A DNA stretch of 64,000 nucleotides from Xanthomonas sp. (GTDB taxonomy: Bacteria > Pseudomonadota > Gammaproteobacteria > Xanthomonadales > Xanthomonadaceae), in NCBI GenBank assembly GCA_018262705.1, contig JADFDQ010000002.1, positions 239,248-303,247 on the forward strand. The letters run 5' to 3'. How positions within the stretch are numbered: the first letter of the stretch is position 1; every line of letters begins with the position of its first letter. The notes under the pieces are model-generated. The model was given only the letters and a program-made list of their open reading frames with translations, did no database searches and was not told the DNA's origin. This document shows positions 30,629 through 36,936 of the stretch, piece by piece. A program made the position numbers and the translations under genes.

Positions 30629-30988
30629 TCAGCGCGGCGCCCAGACCGCCGCGTCCAGCGTTTGCGCTTCCTTTGCGATCTCGACCCGGCCGTTGCGGAT
30701 CGCGACACCTTCGGCGCGCAGTCGTTTCGCCTGCTCGCGCCAGGGGCGCGTTCCGGGTGCAAAAGCAATCCGCCCGTCCGAACGCAGGATCCGGTGCCAG
30801 GGCAGCTGCGGATCCTCGCATTCGCCAAGCACCCGTGCGACCAGCCGCGCGCGCCCGGGCAGTCCGGCGCGCCGCGCGATGCCGCCGTAGCTGGCCACCT
30901 GCCCGCTTTGCACCGCACGGATCGCATCGACGATGCGCTGCTGCGGCGACCGCTTGTCTTCAAGCCGATCCATGATCCGGGTTAGCAT
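30629..30988 (-). CDS. MGMT/Atl family alkyltransferase-like DNA-binding protein
   Basis: GQVASYGGIA, ARLVA, LPWHR (Trp in place of catalytic Cys), EGV; start uncertain. Confidence 0.85.
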   Translation of the reverse strand: MLTRIMDRLEDKRSPQQRIVDAIRAVQSGQVASYGGIARRAGLPGRARLVARVLGECEDPQLPWHRILRSDGRIAFAPGTRPWREQAKRLRAEGVAIRNGRVEIAKEAQTLDAAVWAPR

Positions 30989-31019
30989 AGCGCTCTGCCC
31001 CGTCAACATGCCCGTAGCG

Positions 31020-31430
31020 ATGATCAATTTCGAACAAATCCGCCAGCATCTGCAGTCCGCCGGCTACCACCTGTTGCTGGAAGAGCCCGGACTGGCCTGC
31101 GTCGAACTGTCGCTCGGGCAGGGCAAACGCCATCAGGCCATCTTCCTGGCCGAACTGCAGGACGACGACGGGCGCCGGTATCTGCGGGTGAGCACGTCGA
31201 TCGCTCCGATCACCGGGCTGGATGCGCGCAAGGCGCTGGCGTTCAACTGGGAAAGCCGGGTCGGCTTCCTCGCCATCGGCGAACTCGACGACGTGCGCTA
31301 CCTGCAACTGTGCGAAAACCGCCCTTACGACAGCCTGCTTCCCGCCGAAATCGACCGTCTGATTCTGGAAATCGGCGGCACCGGCGATGCCATGGAAAAG
31401 CCGCTGTCGGCCGGCGGGGATTTGCTGTAG
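31020..31430 (+). CDS. Hypothetical protein, possibly YbjN/type III chaperone-like fold
   Basis: Small alpha/beta pattern (QAIFL, YLRVSTSIAP, ALAFN...GFLAI); family assignment tentative; 3' end lies in the left direct repeat. Confidence 0.5.
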   Translation: MINFEQIRQHLQSAGYHLLLEEPGLACVELSLGQGKRHQAIFLAELQDDDGRRYLRVSTSIAPITGLDARKALAFNWESRVGFLAIGELDDVRYLQLCENRPYDSLLPAEIDRLILEIGGTGDAMEKPLSAGGDLL

Positions 31431-31436
31431 CCGACG
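31408..31436 (+). repeat. Left 29-bp direct repeat (attL-like), contains the stop codon of the upstream gene
   Basis: Exact match to 33495-33523; flanking bases differ. Confidence 0.95.
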
Positions 31437-31679
31437 CGCTAGAGTGAGCGCTACCGCGCAGACGCACGATCCAAGCAGCTAGCATGGGGATGCGAGAATT
31501 CGCTGTCCCGGTGCAGATGCGCGAAACGGGCGGGCATGGAACTTCCGCGGTTGAAGACCTCAGGGTAGGGCGGGCGCCGCGCAGGGGCAAGGCTTGACAG
31601 CGGCGATCTCCGGTAGCGGCGCGCCGAGGATCGGATTAGTCGCATCGTCAATGCTGCGAGCATCGACCGCAGGCGTCGA

Positions 31680-31707
31680 TCAATATTGACTATTGATTTT
31701 GAAATCA
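31680..31707. promoter_or_regulatory. AT-rich promoter/operator-like region with two palindromes
   Basis: TCAATATTGA (31680-31689) and TGATTT-TG-AAATCA (31694-31707); TTGACT at 31686. Confidence 0.4.
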
Positions 31708-31723
31708 GCTATTTTCACGACTT

Positions 31724-32293
31724 GTGCCTGAATTCGCGTCATGGGGAAGGCACTCGCAGGTCGGCGGCAATCCGTCCTGCGAAGCATCCGCGTCGGACAA
31801 ACCGCACGGCGTGCGCATCCGCTACATGGGCGGCTGCCGCTGCGCGCCGTGCCGTTCGGCCAACACGGCCTACGAAACGCAACGCGCCAAAGCGCGCAAG
31901 GCCGGCGACTGGAATGGCATCGTGCCCGCCGACGCTGCGCGCGACCACCTCCACAAACTGCGCCGCCAAGGCATCGGTCGGCGCACCGTGCAGGCGTGCA
32001 CCGATGTCGGCGACACCGTGCTCAGCCAAATCATCAGCGGCAAGAAGACGCGCATCCGCGCGCGCACCGAGCGCCTGATCCTGCGTGTGGGCAAAGCCCA
32101 AGCCGCCGACCATGCGCTTGTCTCCGCGGAACGCTCACGCCGGCTGATCCAGCTGCTGCTCGAAGAGCAGTACACCGAGGCCTACCTGGCCAAGCGGCTG
32201 GGCTACAAGAACCACTACTTGCAATTCGGCGCCGTCATCACGGTGCGCAACGCGGCGCGGATCAAGCGGTTGTATCTGGAGCTGACATCATGA
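31724..32293 (+). CDS. Phage-like protein with HG-x5-Y-x2-GCRC-x2-C motif and two HTH-like segments
   Basis: KPHGVRIRYMGGCRCAPC; later HLHKLRRQGIGRRTV...LSQIISG and YLAKRLG; start uncertain. Confidence 0.6.
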   Translation: MPEFASWGRHSQVGGNPSCEASASDKPHGVRIRYMGGCRCAPCRSANTAYETQRAKARKAGDWNGIVPADAARDHLHKLRRQGIGRRTVQACTDVGDTVLSQIISGKKTRIRARTERLILRVGKAQAADHALVSAERSRRLIQLLLEEQYTEAYLAKRLGYKNHYLQFGAVITVRNAARIKRLYLELTS

Positions 32294-32313
32294 CGCACGC
32301 CACCGCCACGCAC

Positions 32314-32763
32314 CTACGCCGCGCGCCGCGCCTGTTCGGCTTCCCAGCCCTTCAGCGCCAGCAGCACCGTGCGCGGTACCGGGCGTGCGCCGGTGCGGTA
32401 TTGGCTGACGGTGCGGCGGGTCATGCCGATGGCCTCCGCCGCCTGCGCCAAGCTCAAGCCGTGCCTGTCCTGCCAGCGGCGGAAGGCCAGCGTATCGGCG
32501 CGGCCTTCCTGCTCCAGCGCCATCTCCATCACGCGGTCGGCATCCAGCCCTTCGCCATTGGGCCACTCCAACGAATGACCCCAGTCGCCGACCGCCACGC
32601 GGCGGAAGAAGGCGCGGTCGCGCAGTGGTGCGAACACGGCGAAGCGTTCCGGCAGTTCGGACACGTCCACCCGCACCACCTGCCCGCCGGTGTAGGCCAC
32701 TTCCAGCGCCAGACCGCGCAGCGGCTTGACGGATTCGATTCGGTTGACGTTTTGCTTGCTCAT
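32314..32763 (-). CDS. DUF2442 plus C-terminal HTH putative antitoxin
   Basis: FAPLRD..FF..V.V..WG..LEW..GLDAD, then GLSLAQAAEAIGMTRRTVSQY. Confidence 0.82.
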   Translation of the reverse strand: MSKQNVNRIESVKPLRGLALEVAYTGGQVVRVDVSELPERFAVFAPLRDRAFFRRVAVGDWGHSLEWPNGEGLDADRVMEMALEQEGRADTLAFRRWQDRHGLSLAQAAEAIGMTRRTVSQYRTGARPVPRTVLLALKGWEAEQARRAA

Positions 32764-32766
32764 GGC

Positions 32767-33003
32767 TCACCTCGGCGGCGGATTGTTCATGCGGTCCCAC
32801 TCGGCACGGACGGCGGCGGCATTGGCCGTCACCCAGGCAACAGCCTGCGCGATCACGTCAGCAGGCACGCCGGAGTTGACCACCGTGCCGTCGATGCCGA
32901 CCGACGCACGGCCATCGGGATGCAGGACGTGGGCATGAACGGGCGGATGTTCGCTGCCCTGCACCTTGATGATCCAGCTGCGCGCGGAGTGGATTTTGCC
33001 CAT
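32767..33003 (-). CDS. DUF4160 family putative toxin
   Basis: EHPPVHAHV, terminal AEWDRMN; directly upstream of DUF2442; ATG at 33003. Confidence 0.82.
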   Translation of the reverse strand: MGKIHSARSWIIKVQGSEHPPVHAHVLHPDGRASVGIDGTVVNSGVPADVIAQAVAWVTANAAAVRAEWDRMNNPPPR

Positions 33004-33009
33004 GTGCGA

Positions 33010-33038
33010 ATTATGGAGAAATAATTTCTCCATGTCAA
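33010..33038 (-). promoter_or_regulatory. Sigma70 promoter (TTGACA-17-CATAAT) overlapped by a perfect 21-bp palindromic operator
   Basis: -35 at 33038-33033, -10 at 33015-33010; ATGGAGAAAT-A-ATTTCTCCAT at 33013-33033. Confidence 0.8.
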
Positions 33039-33057
33039 GCGCCGTGTATCGGCGCGG

Positions 33058-33087
33058 TTGACAACGCGCTGGATTCGGGGCGATGCT
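33058..33087 (+). promoter_or_regulatory. Divergent sigma70-like promoter for the c4-like/bro transcript
   Basis: TTGACA at 33058-33063, GATGCT 18 nt downstream. Confidence 0.5.
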
Positions 33088-33149
33088 TGCCGTGCAGCCG
33101 CAGTGCGGTTGCCGGGAATCTTGGCAGTGACCCGAAATCCAGGCGCACA

Positions 33150-33191
33150 GAAAAGAGCGCCGATGATCTCCATTGGCGCTCTTTTCGTTTC
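33150..33191 (+). terminator. Intrinsic terminator/attenuator hairpin in the leader
   Basis: GAAAAGAGCGCC / GGCGCTCTTTTC 12-bp stem followed by GTTTC. Confidence 0.6.
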
Positions 33192-33216
33192 TGTGCGTGC
33201 GCTGCCCGCAGTTTGC

Positions 33217-33285
33217 GGCGGGCGGCGCGGGGGCACCTTCGGGTGCGTCGGTCCTGGCCGATCTGCCAACCCCGCGTCGTCCGCC
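33217..33285 (+). ncRNA. P1 c4 / P4 CI-like antisense RNA
   Basis: 16-bp closing stem (33217-33232 with 33270-33285), GCACC-UUCG-GGUGC hairpin, second hairpin, unpaired CUGCCAA complementary to TTGGCAG (33121) and TTGGCA (33293). Confidence 0.72.
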
Positions 33286-33335
33286 ACCCAGCTTGGCAAT
33301 GCGGTGGCGGACTCCATCACTTCCAGGAGTCCGAG

Positions 33336-33500
33336 ATGAACGAAATCACCATCTTTGGGTTTGAAGGCCGGGTTGTCCGCACCGTGGTGCTGGACGAGGA
33401 GCCGTGGTTCGTTGGCCGGGACGTGGCTGACATCCTCAGCTACGCCGACGCTACCAACGCGCTCAAGCAGCTTTGTCGTGGGGTGGTGAAATACCGGCCG
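33336..33500 (+). pseudogene. Truncated Bro-N (phage antirepressor) gene
   Basis: MNEITIFGFEGRVVRTVVLDEEPWFVGRDVADILSY..NALKQLC with GGAG RBS; Bro-like sequence ends inside the right direct repeat. Confidence 0.85.
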
Positions 33501-33523
33501 GCGGGGATTTGCTGTAGCCGACG
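33495..33523 (+). repeat. Right 29-bp direct repeat (attR-like)
   Basis: Exact match to 31408-31436. Confidence 0.95.
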
Positions 33524-33551
33524 TCATCGCGCCGAATCGACGCAGCCGCGC

Positions 33552-34673
33552 TCAGTCCCAGCCCGCCAGCATCAGGAACTTGTAGAACAGCCAGGCCACG
33601 GTGCCCGAAGCCGGGATCGTCAGGATCCACGCCCAGACGATGCGCTCGATCGTGCCGAGCTTGAGCCGACGCGGATTCTTGGCAAAGCCCACGCCCATGA
33701 TCGCGCTCGACACGGTATGGGTGGTCGAGACCGGCATGCCGAAGTGCGCCGCCGCCATCAGCACCGTGGCCGAACTGGTGTCCACCGCGAAGCCGTCGAG
33801 CGGATGCAGCTTGACCATCTTGTGGCCCAGGGTTTTGATAATGCGCCAGCCGCCGGACGCGGTGCCGCAGGCCATCACCAGCGCGCAGGTGACGATGATC
33901 CAGTCGGCGACGTCACTGCCGGCCGAACGCTCGGGATGCATGAAGGACAGGAACCAGGGCAGGCCGTCCAGCGCGCCGGAGGCTTCCGCACCGACCAAAG
34001 TCAGCGCGATCACGCCCATGGTTTTTTGCGCGTCATTGTGACCATGCGCATAGCCCATGTAGGCCGCGGAGCAGATCTGCAGTTTGCCGAACAGGGCGTT
34101 GATCCAACGCGGGCGCGCCAGCCTGCGCAGCGCGCCACCGCTGCGTTCCAGCCCGCGGATCAGCACATACAGCAGCACCATCAGGATCAGCCCCAGCAGG
34201 AATCCGGCCAGCGGCGAAGTCACCATCGGCACCAGCACCTTCCACAACAGACCTTTGCTCTGGGTCCAGCGCTCGGCGGCCTGCACCCAGATCAAGGAAT
34301 TCCAGTTGCCGTGCGAAGCCGACAGCGCCGCGCCGCACAGTCCGCCGATCAGCGCATGCGAGGACGACGAAGGCAGGCCAAGCCACCACGTCACGAGGTT
34401 CCAGACGATCGCGCCGAGCAGGGCCGCCAGCACCAGCTGGGAACTGGCCGCGACCACCTCGGTATTGACGATCCCGGTGGCGATCGTTGCCGCAACCGCG
34501 GTTCCGGTCAGCGCGCCGAGCATGTTCGTGGTAGCCGCCAGACCCACCGCCTTCCCGGGCGAGAGCACCTTGGTCGCCACCGAGGCTGCGATCGAATTGG
34601 CGGTGTCGTGGAAGCCGTTGATGAACTCGAACACGAGCGCGGCGGCGATCACCACGAGGACTAAGGTCAGCAT
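33552..34673 (-). CDS. PiT family inorganic phosphate transporter
   Basis: NGFHDTAN and GHNDAQKTMG signature motifs, PVSTTH. Confidence 0.93.
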   Translation of the reverse strand: MLTLVLVVIAAALVFEFINGFHDTANSIAASVATKVLSPGKAVGLAATTNMLGALTGTAVAATIATGIVNTEVVAASSQLVLAALLGAIVWNLVTWWLGLPSSSSHALIGGLCGAALSASHGNWNSLIWVQAAERWTQSKGLLWKVLVPMVTSPLAGFLLGLILMVLLYVLIRGLERSGGALRRLARPRWINALFGKLQICSAAYMGYAHGHNDAQKTMGVIALTLVGAEASGALDGLPWFLSFMHPERSAGSDVADWIIVTCALVMACGTASGGWRIIKTLGHKMVKLHPLDGFAVDTSSATVLMAAAHFGMPVSTTHTVSSAIMGVGFAKNPRRLKLGTIERIVWAWILTIPASGTVAWLFYKFLMLAGWD

Positions 34674-34686
34674 GCCGGCGTCCCCG

Positions 34687-35313
34687 TCAGCTGTTCTTCA
34701 ACACGATCTGGTAGGCGACCACCCCGGCCTCGCGGCAGCGGTCGATGGCTTTTTCCAGAATTTCAAAGAATTCCTTGAGCAGGAACATCTGCAGGCTGTC
34801 GAGCTTCCCGGAATAAATCTCGCGGTACAGCTCCAGCATCAGGCGGTCGGCTTCATTCTCGATCGAGCGCAGCTTTTCGTTGAGCGCGGTCATCCGGTCA
34901 AGGTTCATGTACTCGAGCTCGTCCACCATCTCGACAACCACCGCGGCGGCCTGTTCCAGCATCGCCGCGCGCGGGGCGAAATCAATCTGGCCGAGGTGCT
35001 GCACCGCCAGCACGTAGCGGTCCGCGAATTTTTCTATCTGCTTGGGGATCTTGTAGAGCGCGGACCCGAGGGCTTCGATATCCTCGCGTTCGATCGGCGT
35101 GATGTAGCTTGCCATCAGCGCCTGACTGATCTTGTCGGAGGCGGTGCGCTCGCGCTGGCGCGCCAGCTTGAAGGCATCCAGCGCCGGCTCGCGCTCGGGC
35201 GATTTCATCATCGAATACAGCGCCTTGGCGCTGTCGTGCGCAGCCTGCGCGGCGTCGTCCAGCAGCGAATAGAACTGGGTGCCGGAACCGAAAATGGTCT
35301 GCAGGGAAAACAT
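34687..35313 (-). CDS. DUF47 family phosphate transport regulator
   Basis: ITPIEREDI, IENEAD, LEKAIDRC; upstream of pit; ATG 35313. Confidence 0.88.
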   Translation of the reverse strand: MFSLQTIFGSGTQFYSLLDDAAQAAHDSAKALYSMMKSPEREPALDAFKLARQRERTASDKISQALMASYITPIEREDIEALGSALYKIPKQIEKFADRYVLAVQHLGQIDFAPRAAMLEQAAAVVVEMVDELEYMNLDRMTALNEKLRSIENEADRLMLELYREIYSGKLDSLQMFLLKEFFEILEKAIDRCREAGVVAYQIVLKNS

Positions 35314-35345
35314 GGGCCTTCCGCGATTTAGTGGAACTGCGTGGA

Positions 35346-35379
35346 AGCTTATCGACCGATTGTGACGCCTTCGTGACAA
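35346..35379 (-). promoter_or_regulatory. Pho-box-like site and -10 element
   Basis: Minus strand TTGTCAC-GAAG-GCGTCAC (11-bp period), 10-nt gap, TAAGCT. Confidence 0.55.
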
Positions 35380-35515
35380 GCGCCCGCCTGCTATGATTCA
35401 CCCGCTTCCTTGCCACCATGACCATCGCGTTCGCCCCGACCCGCCCCGCTGACCGGCCAACCAATGCCGGAGCTTCGTTGCGCGCACGGCAATCCGGCAC
35501 CCCAGGGATCCGTTC

Positions 35516-36829
35516 GTGCTGGAACTGCTGATCGTCCTCGCCCTGATCGTGCTCAACGGCTTCTTCGCCCTGTCGGAGATGGCGGTGGTCACCTCGCGCA
35601 AGGTGCGCTTGAAGCAGCGCGCCGAAACCAGCCGCGGCGCCCGCACCGCGCTGGAACTGGCGGAGCGTCCGGAGCGCTTCCTGTCCACGGTTCAGGTCGG
35701 CATCACCACGATCATCATCCTGACCGGCATGTACGGCGGCGATGCCATCGGCCAGAAAATCGGCGTTTGGCTTGGCGACCACGTGCCGACGCTGGGCCGT
35801 TATTCGACAAGCATCGGTTCGGTGCTTGCGGTCAGCCTGATCACCTATCTTTCGATCGTGCTTGGCGAACTGATTCCCAAGCGTCTGGCCCTGCTGGCCC
35901 CGGAACGGCTGGCGTCCGCGACCGCACCGACCATGCGCTGGTTCGCGTGGATCTCCGGTCCGGCGGTCTGGTTGCTCAGTAAAACCGTGCACGCCGTGCT
36001 GGCGCTGTTTCGGCTCGATGGCCACGGCAGCAACCAGGTTACCGAAGAAGAAATCCAGCTGCTGGTCAGCGAAGGCCACGAGCAGGGCGTCATCGACCTC
36101 GACGAGCGCAACATGCTCAACCGCGTCATGCGGCTGGGCGATCGCACCGCCAACAGCCTGATGACGCCGCGCACCCGCATCACCTGGCTGGATGCCAATG
36201 CCATCCTGCAGGAAAATCTCGCGGTGATGCAGGAAAGCGCGTTCTCGCGCTATCCGGTGCTGCGCGGCAGCGATGCCGATGTGGCCGGAATCCTCGAAGT
36301 GAAGACCTTGCTCGACGAACTTGGGCGGCCCAAGCCGGATCTGTTCAACGACATTCGTCCGGCGCTGTTCGTCTCCGAATCCACCCATGCGATGAAACTG
36401 CTCGAACTCCTGCGCGAGGATCAGCAGTCGATGGCGCTGGTGGTCGACGAATACGGCGACATCCAGGGACTGGTCACCATTTCCGACATCGTCGATGCGG
36501 TGATCGGACGCCTGCAATCGGGCGGCGAAACCGACGCCGACGAAGCGCTGGTGGTCGAACGCGAGGACGGCTCGCTGCTGGTCGACGGCGGCTTGCACAT
36601 CGAAGAACTGCGCGAATTGACCGGCGAACGCATCCCAGAAGCCGACGGCATGGAGTTCCATACCGCGGCGGGCCTGGTGATCGCCCACTTCGGACGCATC
36701 CCGAGGGTCAGCGAATACTTCCGGCTCGGACAGTGGCGAATCGAGATCGTCGATCTGGACGGTCCGCGCGTCGACAAACTGCTGCTGCAGCGCGATGCGC
36801 CCGCTTCGCCCCCCGCCGGAGAGGGCTGA
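35516..36829 (+). CDS. Hemolysin/CNNM-CBS-CorC family membrane protein
   Basis: NGFFALSEMA, STVQVGIT, GELIPK, SRYPV, VDEYG. Confidence 0.9.
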   Translation: MLELLIVLALIVLNGFFALSEMAVVTSRKVRLKQRAETSRGARTALELAERPERFLSTVQVGITTIIILTGMYGGDAIGQKIGVWLGDHVPTLGRYSTSIGSVLAVSLITYLSIVLGELIPKRLALLAPERLASATAPTMRWFAWISGPAVWLLSKTVHAVLALFRLDGHGSNQVTEEEIQLLVSEGHEQGVIDLDERNMLNRVMRLGDRTANSLMTPRTRITWLDANAILQENLAVMQESAFSRYPVLRGSDADVAGILEVKTLLDELGRPKPDLFNDIRPALFVSESTHAMKLLELLREDQQSMALVVDEYGDIQGLVTISDIVDAVIGRLQSGGETDADEALVVEREDGSLLVDGGLHIEELRELTGERIPEADGMEFHTAAGLVIAHFGRIPRVSEYFRLGQWRIEIVDLDGPRVDKLLLQRDAPASPPAGEG

Positions 36830-36936
36830 AGCCTGCTTCAGCGGGACGCCGCCGAGCAAATCCATCCGGGGTCGGTTCGGCGTGCGGAACCAAGGCCCTG
36901 CCCGGACTCGCTCCCGTCGCCTCGATCGGCGATGCC

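Larger units (their letters stand above)
31408..33523. mobile_element. Integrase-less phage-derived islet bounded by 29-bp direct repeats
   Basis: Identical CGGCCGGCGGGGATTTGCTGTAGCCGACG at 31408-31436 and 33495-33523; phage-type cargo between. Confidence 0.85.

Noticed and set aside
31741-33024. 427-aa plus-strand ORF across the islet
   Set aside because: Overlaps three better-supported genes in other frames and has no motif support
31408-33523. Intact prophage, satellite or IS
   Set aside because: No integrase, transposase, replication or structural gene, and no terminal inverted repeats
33087-34664. 525-aa plus-strand ORF as a real full-length protein
   Set aside because: Only 33336-33500 is Bro-like; upstream is the structured RNA leader and downstream is antisense to pit
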